DNA of 64,000 bases from Anaeramoeba ignava BMAN (taxonomy: Eukaryota; Protista; Anaeramoebae): positions 496,001-560,000 of the forward strand of contig JAPDFW010000136.1 in NCBI GenBank assembly GCA_028826165.1, given 5' to 3'. How positions within the stretch are numbered: position 1 is the first letter of the stretch; the number at the start of each line of letters is the position of its first letter. This document shows, one piece after another, positions 50,421 to 64,000 of the stretch. A model generated the notes under the pieces. It searched no databases, had not been told where the DNA came from, and saw only the letters and a program-made list of their open reading frames with translations. The translations under genes were made by a program, and so were the position numbers.

Positions 50421-53400
50421 ATGTCTAAGATGTTTGGTCGTCGCTCAAAAAAAGAATACCCGAAGGAAATTTCACCATTAGCGTTGGGCAAAATGGCCGA
50501 ATTTCTACGCGATAATGGTAAATTTTAAATTAAATAATTTTATTATTTTTTTTTTATTGTGAAATTTTTTTATAAATAATTGTAAATTTTGGTTTATTGT
50601 TTAAAACTAAAATTTTGATAAAAAAAGCAAATTTCGAAACAATTTTAAAAAGAAATTCAATTCTTACTTTGAATTAATTAATGAATAAATTAAAAAAAAA
50701 AAACAAAATTATTAATTATAAATTATTAATAAGCATAAATCACTTCTTTTAATTGAGATCTTTATTAAATTTTATATTTTTTTAATTTTATTTTGTTTAA
50801 ATTTTTTTATATAATAATTTTATTTTGTTTTATTTAAAATTTATCACCTTTTTTTTTCTAGCAATTACAAAACAAAATATTTTTAGAATTCCTGGTCAAA
50901 TTGAAGAGACAAAAGAACTTGAAAAAAAATTAATACAAAACGAGACAGTCGATTTTGCAAATTATAGTCCTCATATTGTTGCTTCTGTTTTTAAAGGATA
51001 TTTTAGATCTCTTAAACCTCCTTTATTTCCTTACAAATTTTATAAGCCTTTAATTCGGATAGAAAGTACTATAAATTATAAATAAAATTATAAATTAAAT
51101 TATAAATTAAATTATAAATAAAATTATAAATTAAATTATAAATAAAATTATAAATAAAAAATTAAAAAATAAAATTATAAATTAAATTATAAATAAATTA
51201 AATTATAAATAAAATTATAAATTAAATTATAAATTAAAATTATAAATAAAATTATAAATTAAATTATAAATTAAATTATAAATAAAATTATAAATAAAAT
51301 TATAAATTAAAATTATAAATAAAATTATAAATAAAATTATAAATAAAATTATAAATAAAATTATAAATTAAATAAATTATAAATTAAATTATAAAATAAA
51401 ATTATAAAAATTAAATTATAAATAAAATTATAAATAAAATTATAAATAAAATTATAAATAAAAAATTATAAATAAATTAAAATAAAATTATAAATTAAAT
51501 TATAAATAAAATTTAAATAAATTAAATTATAAATAAAATTATAAATTAAAATATAAAAATATAAATTAAATTATAAATAAAAATTATAAATTAAATTATA
51601 AATTAAAATAAATAAAAATAAAAAATTATAAATAAAATTATAAATTAAAAATATATAAAAAAATATAAATTAAATTATAAATTAAATTATAAATAAAATT
51701 ATAAATAAATTATAAATTAAAAATTATAAATTAAAATTATAAAAAATAAATTATAAATTAAATTATAAATAAAAATATATAAATAAAATTAAATTAAAAA
51801 TAAATTAAAATTATAAATTAAATTATAAATTAAATTATAAAATTAAATTATAAATTAAAAAAATATAAATTAAATTATAAATTAAATTATAAATAAAATT
51901 ATAAAAAAATTATAAATAAAATTATAAATTAAAATATAAATAAAATTATAAAAAATAAATTAAATAATAAATTATAAAATTATAAATAAAAAATAAATAA
52001 AATTATAAATTAAATTATAAATAAAATTATAAATAAAAAAATACATCAACTTATATAAAAAAAAAAATTAAAATTATAAATAAAATTATAAAATAAAATT
52101 ATAAATAAAATTATAAATTAAAATTATAAATAAAATTATAAATAAAAATATAAATAAAATTATAAAAAAAAAAAATATAAATAAAAAATATAAATAAAAA
52201 TTATAAATAAATTATAAATAAAATTATAAATAAAATTATAAATAAAATTATAAATTAAATTATAAAATTAAAATTATAAATAAAATTATAAATTAAAATT
52301 ATAAATAAAAATATAAAATATAAAAATAAAATAAAATAAATAAAATTATAAATAAAATTATAAATAAATAAAATTAAATTATAAATATAAATTATAAAAA
52401 TTATATTATAAATAAAAATATAAATAAAATTATAAATTAAATTATAAAATAAAATTATAAATAAAAAAATATAAATAAAAATATAAATAAAATTATAAAT
52501 TAAATTATAAATAAAATTATAAAATAAATTATAAATAAAATTATAAAATAAAAATATAAATAAAAATTATAAAATAAAAATTATAAATAAAAATTATAAA
52601 TTTCTAAATAAATAAAATTATAAATTAAATTATAAATAAAATTATAAATAAAAATTATAAATTAAATTATAAATAAAATTATAAATAAAATTATAAAAAT
52701 AAAATTATAAATTAAATTATAAATAAAATTATAAATAAAATTATAAATAAAAAATTATAAATTAAATTATAAATAAAATTATAAATAAAATTATAAATAA
52801 ATTTCTAAATAAATTTATAAATTAAATTATAAATTAAATTATAAATTAAATTATAAATTAAATTATAAATAAAATTATAAATAAAATTATAAATAAAATT
52901 ATAAATAAAATTATAAATTAAATTATAAATTTCTAAATAAATTTAATTAGAAAAAAATAACCCGTCTAAATACGATGAGCTCATTTTAATTCTCACAACA
53001 CTTCCTTCTTGCAATGAAGTTCTTCTCAGATTTCTTATGAAATTTCTTAGTGATTTCGCAAAAGAATCAGAAACAAATAAAATGACTGCATCAAATTTAG
53101 CTATTATATTTGGACCAAATATACTTCGTAAAAAAAGCACAACACCAAACACAGAATTCCGTGATTTTCAACAAATCAAAACATTAACAGAATATTTGAT
53201 TGAAAACCACGTTAAAATTTACCAAAAAATTGATGCTAATCGTTCAGAAATTAGAAAATCACGAATATTCAATATCAAACCTGAACATCAAGAAATAGAC
53301 CCAAAATCAAATGAAAATGCAAATGAAAATGAAAATGCAAATGAAAATGCAAATGCAAATGCAAATGCAAACTCAAATAAAAACGGAAAGAAAGTCAAAA

Positions 53401-54161
53401 TAGCAGAACATCCAAATGAAATTGGTCATGAAAATCTTTACCCATTAACAAAAAAACCATCACTTCCTTCAAGAATTCCTGCACTTATTCAATCACCTAC
53501 ACAATTTGTTCAAGATTCAAAATTACCAGCTAAAAAAACAATGTCATCTTCACCAACTTTATCACGTTCAACTAAAATTAATTTTAATGAAGCCAATAGT
53601 TTTGAACCGATTGAAAACTTGACAGCATATCAAAATATTCGAGGTGTTCAAAGTGCCGATATTTCTCCCAAACAAAATTTAAATCATTCACAAAATTCAC
53701 AAAATTCACAAAATTTAGAAAATTCACAAAATTCACAAAATTTAGAAAATTCACAAAATTTACAAAATTCAACTCATTTACAAAAATCACAAAGTCAAAA
53801 AATTTCACAAAGTCAAGAAGTTACAAATAAAAAAATCAAAATTTCCGATCTTACACCAAATCAAAGACGAAGTGAAATAACTTTAGATGAAGCTCTTCGT
53901 ATCCATGATGTAGATTATTTTGGTTATAATATTGAAAATATTGATACTGTTACTGATGATTCTAATTCAAGTTATTCTGATCATGAAGAAAAAACTGGAC
54001 CAAGTCCATTTTTAAGTATGAGAATGCTTAGCGTTTCGGATCTTGCTACTGCTCTTAGTGTTAATGGTGAATTTGACTCAGATGGTGAACCAAATCGAAT
54101 TATAATTGAATCTTCTTCTGATTTTTCTGATTTGGAATCTTTTGAGAAAAGCAATCTTTAA
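50421..54161 (+). CDS. RhoGAP with a disordered C-terminal tail; exons 50421-50517, 50862-51065, 52951-54161
   Basis: Arginine finger IFRIPG, plus PHIVASVFKGYFRSLKPPLFP and NKMTASNLAIIFGPNIL. Junctions are GT-AG and in phase. Confidence 0.9.
51070..52945. repeat. 12-bp A/T-only minisatellite (AAATTATAAATA/AAATTATAAATT) filling the 1885-nt RhoGAP intron 2 (51066-52950)
   Basis: Visible tandem array. Confidence 0.95.
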
Positions 54162-54555
54162 AATCAAAAAATCAAAAAAAAAAAAAAAAAAAGAAAACAA
54201 AAACTTTTTTCTTTTTTGATTTTTTGAATAGGAAATCATTTAATTCTGTACAGATTCATTCATTTCTCAAATAATTTTCTTTTTCTTCTTCAAATTAATT
54301 CCAATTTTCCAAAATATTCCAAAAATATTTCCAAAAAAAAATTTTTTTTATCATCAATTTTCTTTTTTTCTCTTCTTTTTCTTTCTTTTTCTTTTCTTCT
54401 TTTTTTGTGTTTTTTCTTTTAATTTTTTTTTAAGAGAGTTCAAACAAATTTTTCTTTTTCTTTTTTTGAAACAAAACTAATTTTTGAGTTTTTTTATAAA
54501 ACGATGGTCAAAAAATAAAATCAAAAAAATGAAAAACAATAATTTTAAATTTTTT

Positions 54556-56952
54556 TCAGAAATCCAACATTTTTGAAATATAAGGACAATTTTCAGGAGA
54601 AATTACTCCTTGATGATAACAACGACTTGATTCTGGGCATAAACCACATGGAATTTTTGTTATTTCTGGTTCATAATTTCTTGAATCATCAATACTATAA
54701 ACATCCTAATTTTAATTTTAATTTTATAAATGAATTTTAATTTTAATTTTAATTTTAATTTTATAAAACAAACTTCATCAACAATATCAAAAACTTTTCG
54801 AATAATTTTTGAATCTACAAGAGATCCAATAACTTGTTGAATATCTTCTAAAGCTAAGTTTTCTTTAATATATTTTTTTTCTTTAATAATTGCCATTAAT
54901 TGATTTATTGAGACATTTCCCTAATATTTATTTTGAATATTTATTTTAAATATTTATTTTAAATATTTATTTTAAATATTTATATTGAATATTTATTTTG
55001 AATATTTATATTAAATATTTATTTTGAATATTTATATTAAACTATTTATTTTAAATATTTTGTTATTTTGAATATTTATTTTAAATATTTATATTTAAAT
55101 ATTTATTTTGAATATTTATTTTGAATATTTATATTAAATATTTATTTTGAATATTTATTTTATTGAATATTTATTTATATTGAATATTTTATATTGAATA
55201 TTTTGAATATTTATTTTAAATATTTTGAAATATTTATTTTGGATATTTATATTTGAATATTTATTTTAAATATTTTGAATATTTATTTTAAATATTTTGA
55301 ATATTTATTTTAAAAATATTTATATTGAATATTTATATTGGATATTTTGAATATTTATTTTAAATATTTTTTAAATATTTATTTTAAATATTTTTGAATA
55401 TTTGAATATTTTTAAATATTTATTTTAAATATTTATATTAAATATTTTTGGTTTTTATTGAATATTTTAAATATTTATATTGAATATTTTAAATATTTTT
55501 ATTGAATATTTTAAATATTTATATTGAATATTTTAAATATTTATATTGAATATTTATTTTTGAATATTTATTTTGGTTATATTAAATATTTTATTAAATA
55601 TTTATATTAAAATTTATTTTGGATATTTTAAATATTTATTTTGAATATTTTGAAATATATTTTGAATATTTTAAATATTTATTTTAAATATTTATTTTGA
55701 ATATTTATTTTAAATATTTATATTAAATATTTAAATATTTTAAATAATATTTTAAATATTTATATTAAATATTTATATTGAATATTTTAAATATTTATTT
55801 TAAATATTTATATTAAATATTTATATTGAATATTTTAAATATTTATATTGAATATTTTATATTAAATATTGAATATTTATATTAAATATATTGAATATTT
55901 ATATTAAATATATTGAATATTTATATTAAATATTTTAAATATTTATATTGAATATTTATTTTGAATATTTTTGAATATTTATTTTGAATATTTATTTTAA
56001 ATATTTATTTTGAATATTTATTTTGAATATTTATTTTAAATATTTATATTAAATATATTAAATATTTATTTTGAATATTTATTTTGGATATTTTAAATAT
56101 TTATTTGAATATTTATTTTAAATATTTTATATTGAATATTTATATTAAATATTTATTTTTTGAATATTTATTTTAAATATTTATATATCCAAAAAATTTA
56201 TATTGAATATTTTTTGAATATTTATTTTGAATATTTTGAATATTTATTTTGAATATTTATATTGAATATTTATTTTGAATATTTTGAATATTTATTTTGA
56301 ATATTTATATTGAATATTTATATTAAATATTTATTTTAAATATTTATATTGAATATTTATATTAAATATTTATTTTGAATATTTATTTTGAATATTTTGA
56401 ATATTTATTTTGGATAATAGATACATTTTCTCTAATAATCCCAACAACATGCCGTGATACTTCTTCAACAAATTGAGAATCCCATTCATTATTATCATAC
56501 CAAACACCACCAGTCAAATCTTTAGAAGGAGTTAAATCTTGCAACATATATAACATTTGATTTTTATACTTAATTGATCTGACAGTTTTGATAAGTTTTT
56601 TTGAAATTAATTTTCTCAAAGAACGTAAAACAATAGGTTGTTGCATTCCTGAAAAAGTCCTAACAGATTTAGCTAGAACACCTTGATTTGCTGAACGCTC
56701 AACAATTTGATAAACAAACATGTCTTGTTGAGTTAAACCTTGGAATTTTTCTGCTTCAGAATCAGGAATTCTCCTTAATAATAATGCGTTATTTTCTACT
56801 TTTTTCATTAATCTTAATCTTCCTTCTTTGAGTAACTGATTAATTGCTGCTCCTAATCCTTGTCTTGTTTTCAATTCTTGTTCTATTTCTTTTGGTTCAA
56901 GTATTTCTTTATCCTCAAAAAGTTTTAGTAATTTCTCAACTAAATCGGACAT
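54556..56952 (-). CDS. POLR3F: RNA polymerase III subunit RPC34/RPC6; exons 56952-56425, 54920-54774, 54705-54556
   Basis: Winged-helix region (VYQIVERSANQGVLAKSV...KKLIKTVRSIK...YMLQDLTPSKDLTGGVWY) and a C-terminal Fe-S Cys motif (PCGLCP...C...ISPENCPY). One missing G near 54568 would give the expected ending KWLDF*. Confidence 0.9.
54923..56410. repeat. 13-bp minisatellite (plus strand AATATTTATTTTG/AATATTTATATTG) filling the 1504-nt RPC34 intron 1 (54921-56424)
   Basis: Visible tandem array. Confidence 0.95.
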
Positions 56953-57076
56953 TTAAAAGATTTTATTTAAGAAAATGAAAAAAAATGAAAAAAAAATAAA
57001 AAATGAAAAAAAAAAAGAGAAAAAAATTTTTTTTCATTTTTTTCATTTTCCTTTTTTTGTATTTTGTTTTTTTGGA

Positions 57077-60000
57077 ATGAAGATTCATTTTTTGGTCATT
57101 TTGTTCAGTTTTTTCATTTTTTCAATTCCATGTCAAAATGAAAACGAAAATCAAAATTCAAACAAGGGAATTAATAACCAATTTACAAATGTTCAAGTTA
57201 TGAGAGAAATCAATCTTGGTTCGTTATTTGTTATAGTCACTGCATCATTAGATGCGCGAAATAGTGGGAAATCGACATCAGAATATTATATTGCACTTCC
57301 AACTTCAACTGCTGAACATCTTTCTATGATTACATCTTTTGAAAAGGATTCTAAAGAAGATATAAAAGTTTTGTTAGAAAAGGATGAGGAACTAAGCACA
57401 AAGTAAATTTATTTTAAAATTCAATTCAAAATTCAATTCAAAATTCAATTCAAAATAAATTCAATTCAAAATCAATTCAATTCAAAATCAATTCAAAATA
57501 AATTTAAAATAAATTCAATTCAAAATTCAATTCAATTCAAAATAAATTCAATTCAAAATAAATTTAATTCAAAATCAATTCAAAATAAATTAAATTTAAA
57601 ATAAATTCAAAATAAATTTAAAATAAATTCAAAATTTAAAATAAATTTAAAATAAATTTAAAATAAATTCAATTCAAAATTCAATTCAATTCAAAATAAA
57701 TTTAAAATAAAATCAATTCAAAATAAATTTAAAATAAATTCAATTTAAAATAAATTCAATTCAAAATAAATTCAAAATAAATTCAATTCAATTCAAAATA
57801 AATTCAATTCAAAATAAATTCAAAATAAATTCAATTCAAAATAAATTCAAAATAAATTTAATTCAATTCAAAATAAATTCAAAATCAATTCAAAATAAAT
57901 TCAATTCAAAATAAATTCAAAATAAATTTAAAATTCAATTCAAAATAAATTCAATTCAAAATCAATTCAAAATAAATTTAATTCAAAATAAATTCAAAAT
58001 AAATTCAATTCAAAATTTATTTTAAAATTCAATTCAAAATTTAAAATGAATTCAAAATAAATTTAAAATCAATTCAAAATAAATTCAATTCAATTCAATT
58101 CAAAATAAATTTAAAATAAATTCAATTCAAAATAAATTCAAAATAAATTCAATTCAAAATAAATTCAATTCAAAATAAATTCAAAATAAATTTAAAATAA
58201 ATTCAAAATTCAAAATAAATTTAAAATAAATTCAATTCAAAATCAATTTAAAATAAATTCAATTCAAAATAAATTCAAAATAAATTTAAAATTCAATTCA
58301 AAATAAATTCAATTCAAAATCAATTCAAAATAAATTCAATTCAAAATCAATTCAAAATAAATTCAATTCAAAATCAATTCAAAATAAATTCAAAATTTAT
58401 TTTAAAATTCAATTCAAAATTCAATTCAAAATAAATTCAATTCAAAATAAATTCAATTCAATTCAAAATTTAAAATGAATTCAAAATAAATTTAAAATCA
58501 ATTCAAAATAAATTCAATTCAATTCAATTCAAAATAATTTAAAATAAATTCAATTCAAAATAAATTCAAAATAAATTCAATTCAAAATAAATTCAATTCA
58601 AAATAAATTTAAAATCAATTCAAAATTCAAAATAAATTCAAAATAAATTCAAAATAAATTTAAAATAAATTCAATTCAATTCAAAATAAATTCAATTCAA
58701 AATAAATTCAAAATAAATTTAAAATAAATTCAAAATTTAAAATAAATTTAAAATAAATTCAATTCAAAATAAATTTAATTTAAAATGAATTCAAAATAAA
58801 TTTAAAATCAATTCAAAACAAATTCAATTCAAAATAAATTCAATTCAAAATCAATTCAAAATAAATTCAAAATAAATTCAATTTAAAATAAATTTAATTC
58901 AAAATAAATTCAATTCAAAATAAATTCAATTCAAAATAAATTCAAAATAAAATCAATTCAAAATAAATTTAAAATAAATTCAATTCAAAATTCAATTTAA
59001 AATAAATTCAATTCAAAATAAATTTAATTCAAAATAAATTTAAAATAAATTCAAAATAAATTCAAAATAAATTCAAAATAAATTTAAAATAAATTTAAAA
59101 TCAATTCAAAATAAATTCAATTCAAAATAAATTCAATTCAAAATCAATTCAAAATCAATTCAAAATAAATTCAATTCAAAATCAATTCAAAATAAATTCA
59201 ATTCAAAATCAATTCAAAATAAATTCAATTCAAAATCAATTCAAAATAAATTCAAAATTTATTTTAAAATTCAATTCAAAATAAATTCAAAATAAATTTA
59301 AAATAAATTCAAAATTCAAAATAAATTTAAAATAAATTCAAAATAAATTCAATTCAAAATAAATTCAATTCAAAATAAATTCAATTCAAAATAAATTCAA
59401 TTCAAAATAAATTCAAAATAAATTCAATTCAAAATAAATTTAAAATAAATTCAAAATAAATTCATTTTAAAATAAATTCAATTTAAAATAAATTCAATTC
59501 AAAATAAATTTAATTCAAAATAAATTTAAAATAAATTTAAAATAAATTTAAAATTCAATTCAAAATTCAAAATAAATTTAAAATAAATACAAAAGAGATA
59601 CAGCAATATATCCCTACCACTTTCAAAAACCAATCAAACCCGAAGAAACTATACATCTTGATATAATCATGTATTTCACGAACATGGAATATCCAGATCC
59701 CGCAGAAGTACAACAAACAGAAGCACCTGAGATGATATTTGAAGACAACATTCTATTCTATTCACCATACAAAACACAATTACAAGGATTATCAGTAGCT
59801 CTACCATCACCAACAGCAGAATACACGAAACTAAAACCGACGAGCCTTCAAGGAAATAAAATTATGTATGGACCTTATTCAACAGAATATGAACCTTTTT
59901 CAGTTAAAGATCTAAAGGTTCATTATCAACGAACTCAACCACTTCCTTATATCACTAAACTCGTCAGACATTATATTATCTCCCATTGGAGCGATCTTGA

Positions 60001-61504
60001 AATCAGAGATTATTACTATGTTACTAATAAACAAGCAAAACTTACTGGTCCTTTTTCAAGACTTGATTTTGTTCGAAATCCTAGTTATTTCGGTATTGGA
60101 TCTTACCAGGAAATCGTTGCTATTCTCCCAAAATTTGCAAAGAATATTGATTACAGAGATGAAATTGGTAACATCTCTACAAGTACAATTACAGAAGAAG
60201 ATGAAATTACAAAACTTACTTTCAAAACTAGATTCCCTCTTTTTGGAGGTTGGAAAACTGATTTCATGATTAAATATAACGTTCCAATGGAATATTTCTT
60301 GAGATTTGATCCTGAAAATGATAGATATGTTTTTCAAGCTCCTTTTGGTGCTCCTTTCCCATTTCCTGTTGATAATGTTGAAGTTCATGTTGTTTTTCCT
60401 GAAGGAGCAAAGTATTTATTTCAAATTTTTAAATTAAATTTTAAATTAAATCAAAATCAAATTTTAAATTAAATCAAAATTAAATTTTAAATCAAATCAA
60501 AATCAAAATCAAAATCAAATTTTAAATCAAATTTTAAATCAAAATTAAAATCAAATTCAAATCAAATCAAATTTTAAATTAAATTTTGAATTAAAATCAA
60601 ATTAAAATTTAAATCAAATTAAATCAAATCAAAATCAAAATCAAATCAAAATTAAATTTTAAATCAAATTAAATCAAATTTTAAATTAAATTTTAAATTA
60701 AATCAAATCAAATCAAAATTAAAATCAAATCAAAATTAAATTTTAAATTAAGATCAAAATCAAATTTTAAATCAAAATCAAAATTAAATCAAATTTTAAA
60801 TCAAATTTTAAAATTAAAATCAAAATTAAATTTTAAATCAAATCAAAATCAAATTTTAAATTAAATTTTGAATTAAATCAAATCAAATCAAAATTAAAAT
60901 CAAAATCAAAATTAAAATCAAAATCAAATTAAATCAAATTTTAAATTAAATCAAAATCAAAATTAAATTTTAAATTAAATTTTAAATTAAAATCAAATTA
61001 AATTAAATCAAATTTTAAAATCAAATTAAATCAAATTAAATTTTAAATCAAATCAAATTAAATCAAATTTTAAATTAAATCAAAATTAAAATCAAAATTA
61101 AATCAAATTTTAAATTAAATCAAATTAAATTAAATTAAATTTTAAATCAAATTCAAATTTTAAATTAAAATCAAATTAAATCAAATCAAATTTTAAATTA
61201 AAATCAAATTAAATTAAATCAAATTTTAAATTAATTAGAAATATCGAAAAAGTTCTCCCCTTTAAATTTGATGAAGAATACGAAGAAAACTTTATCGAAT
61301 TCTTGGATTTAGCAGGAAGAACTTCTCTTGTGCTCAAAAAATCAAATCTTATCCCTCAACACAATATACCAGTTCAAATTTCTTATCAACTTAATTTCAT
61401 TCAAAATTTCCATAAACTATTTTTACTCATAATTGGATTTTTCATTTTCTTCACATTTCTATTTCTTCTCCTTCAATTTAGAAAAAGCAGAGTATTTTCC
61501 AATT

Positions 61505-61506
<2 letters not shown>
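57077..61506 (+). CDS. RPN1: Ribophorin I (oligosaccharyltransferase subunit OST1/RPN1); exons 57077-57402, 59596-60411, 61239-61506
   Basis: Signal peptide; motifs FYSPYKT, YGPY, ISHWSDL, GPFSRLDF, YRDEIGNISTS, RFPLFGGWKT, FPEGAK and FLDLAGR; C-terminal transmembrane helix. Confidence 0.92.
57410..59585. repeat. AAAATAAATTC/AATTC mosaic minisatellite filling the 2193-nt RPN1 intron 1 (57403-59595)
   Basis: Visible array. Rare variants (AAAATGAATTC near 58043, 58472 and 58782) suggest higher-order duplications. Confidence 0.93.
60420..61232. repeat. AAATC/AAATT/AAATTTT mosaic array filling the 827-nt RPN1 intron 2 (60412-61238)
   Basis: Visible array. Confidence 0.9.
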
Positions 61507-61535
<29 letters not shown>

Positions 61536-61902
61536 GCTTTTCTTCCTTTTTAAATTTTTAACTTTCAAAAATTAATTCCACAAAAAAATTTTTTTTCTCT
61601 TTTCACTTTTTTTTTTTTCTTCTTTTTTTTTCTTTTCAAATAAGCATTTTTAAACAAAGAAAAGCAAAAATAATAAAAAGATTTTAAAAATAAATTGATT
61701 TTTATTTTTATTTATTAATTTATTAATTTTTTTTTTTAATTGAAAAAAAATTTTTTAATTTAATTTTTCATTTTTTTTTCCAAATCCAAAAAAAAAAATA
61801 TATAATTTTTTTAAATCTTTTTTAAACAACAAAAACAAAAATACAAAACGTTAAAAAAATCAAAATAAAAAATAAAAATCAAAATAATCGAACAAAAAAA
61901 AA

Positions 61903-63782
61903 ATGGCATATAATTTACAGAAAAAACCGATAAAATCATCATTAAGAATGCGAAGTAAATCAATATTTAAAAAACCACCAAAAATCGAATTACCAAGAGT
62001 AGAACTAACGCAACCGCAAACAGCGAAGACAGTAAAGAAATATTCGCGTTCTATATCAATGTTAGATGTGAAAAAAGTGAATGAAAAAACGAGCAGCGTC
62101 CGGCAACAAATCAAAGGGTATTTAAACACGGGAAAATCACATTTAGAAGAAATTCAAGGTGAAAAAATTGAAGAAGTTGAAATGAGTCCCAGACAACTCA
62201 CAATGGATCCAAAACGGCTTTATGGAAATCTCGCAAACAAAGTACAATCGCCGCGATTCTCATCCAAACAAGTGAGATTTGCGGCCGAAAACACCAGCAA
62301 TGATTCAAACGAGAAGAACTCAGTTGACAAACAAAGTCCGCAATCAATGCAAATGCAGATCAATCAACTTAAGGCTGAACTTGAAGAAAAGGAAAATGAA
62401 TTGCGGACTGTTGCCGAGCTTGGATTGCTTGTTTCCAAAGAAAACAAGGGGTTGATTGCCGAAATTGAGGATCTTCAGAATCAACTTTTGGATCATGAAG
62501 AAGATGATAATATGCGTTTTGAATGGCAAAATATGATTGATGAACTTGAATCTGAAAAAGCTGAACTAGTCAAGAAAAACCAATATTTGGGCAAGCAAAT
62601 CGAAGAGGCTACTACCACTAATTATAGTTATCTAGACCAAATTACAATTCAAGAGGAAGAAATTGAATCTTTGAAAAAAAATGAGAAGTTAGTATCCAAA
62701 TTGAAGTTTGAAAACATTGAGTTAAAAAATGAAATTGATAGTTTACAGTTTTTAAAAAGTGAAATCCAGAAATTTTCTGAAGAGAAACAAGAACTTAAGC
62801 ATCAGATTTCTAAGTTAGAATTAGATAAAAGTAGAATATTTAAAATATTAAAAATATTAAAAATAAATATTCAAAATATTCAAATAAATATTAAAAATAT
62901 TACAAATAAATATTAAAAATATTAAAAATAAATATTAAAAATATTAAAATAAATATTAAAAATATTCAAAATAAATATTCAAAATATTAAAAATAAATAT
63001 TCAAAATATTAAAAATAAATATTCAAAATATTAATAAAAATATTTCAAAATATTAATAAAAATATTAAAAATATTAAAAATAAATATTAAAAATATTAAA
63101 AATAGATATCAAAAATATTAAAAATAAATATTAAAAATATTAAAAATAGATATTAAAAATATTAAAAATATTTAAAATAAATATTCAAAATAAATATTCA
63201 AAATATTAAAAATAAATATTCAAAATATTAAAAATAAATATTCAAAATATTAAAAATATTAAAAATATTTCAATATAAATATTTCAATATAAATATTTAA
63301 AATATTTCAAAATAAATATTCAAAATATAGGATCCCTATTAAAATCAAACGAGGAAAAAGGTGACCAATTAGATATACTTAATGTAGACTACAACTCTTT
63401 AAAATTAGAAATGGATAAATTACAATCTCAAGATAGAAAACTAAATCAATCACAATCAGAAATCAAACAACTCAAAACTCAACTTGATTGGATGGAAAAA
63501 TTCACAGTTTCATCAACAAAACTCGCAGAAACAGCCCAAAATATTATTGAACTTCGTCTTTCAGAAATGGAAAACTTAGATCAAGAAGAAAAAATAATGA
63601 ATGAAGAAGCCAAAAAAACAATATCTTTTCTGGTTCATAAACTCCCGCTTCATTTGAAAAGTAAAAACGAAACAGATGTTAGTGATGAAAATGATGAATT
63701 CGAATGGATGGATTTAGATCTCGACGATGCAAGGCAAGAAAGTGAATTCATCGCTCTTTATCAAGATTCAAAACGGAAACTT
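61903..63782 (+). CDS. Coiled-coil protein with a CC1-box-like motif, partial; exons 61903-62830 and 63331-about 63782, continuing beyond the window
   Basis: GT-AG junction 62830/63331 is in phase. The protein is heptad-rich and contains ELRTVAELGLLVSKEN. The donor of the next intron is at 63783 or 63792. Confidence 0.7.
62835..63325. repeat. AAAATATT(A/C)/AAAATAAATATT array filling a 500-nt intron (62831-63330)
   Basis: Visible array. Confidence 0.9.
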
Positions 63783-63794
63783 GTTTATCTTGTA

Positions 63795-64000
63795 TTTATA
63801 AAATTTAATTTATAAAATCTAATTTATAAAATTTAATTTATAAAATTTAATTTATAAAATTTAATTTATAAAATTTAATTTATAAAATTTAATTTATAAA
63901 ATTTAATTTATAAAATTTAATTTATAAAATTTAATTTATAAAATTTAATTCATAAAATTTGATTTATAAAATTTAATTTATAAAATTTAATTTATAAAAT
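63795..64000. repeat. 14-bp minisatellite (TAAAATTTAATTTA)n, probably intronic, running off the window
   Basis: Near-perfect tandem array immediately after GT donor candidates. Confidence 0.9.

Noticed and set aside
54556-54575. Unusual C-terminal extension of RPC34
   Set aside because: Adding one G restores the conserved WLDF* ending, so this is probably a sequencing error.

Overview
This is very AT-rich eukaryotic (protist-like) genomic DNA. It is gene-dense, has canonical GT-AG spliceosomal introns, and contains no prokaryotic features. By splicing manually I reconstructed 16 protein-coding genes: a CH-domain protein (partial), a GSK3-like kinase, two tandem long alpha-actinin-like paralogs, a tandem DH-PH RhoGEF, a compact DBF4, a small membrane protein, a DNAH10-like axonemal dynein heavy chain, a SMIM7 homolog missed by the ORF track, a large coiled-coil protein, M18 aspartyl aminopeptidase, class I aldolase, a RhoGAP, RPC34, ribophorin I, and a partial coiled-coil protein. 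The standout feature is a 303-aa intein with a decayed LAGLIDADG domain (28265-29173, minus strand), inserted in the AAA2 Walker A motif (GGTRSGK|S) of the dynein. In the same gene, most of the AAA1 Walker A sits on an 18-nt microexon flanked by two introns. The second major pattern is that nine genes have 0.4-2.3 kb introns filled with an intron-specific AT-rich minisatellite, with G and AG/GT strongly depleted on the sense strand. An intein in a cytoskeletal motor together with this genome style suggests an intein-rich anaerobic amoeba such as Anaeramoeba; that is an inference and is not verified. Three single-base frameshifts are probably assembly errors. Exon coordinates were read by eye.
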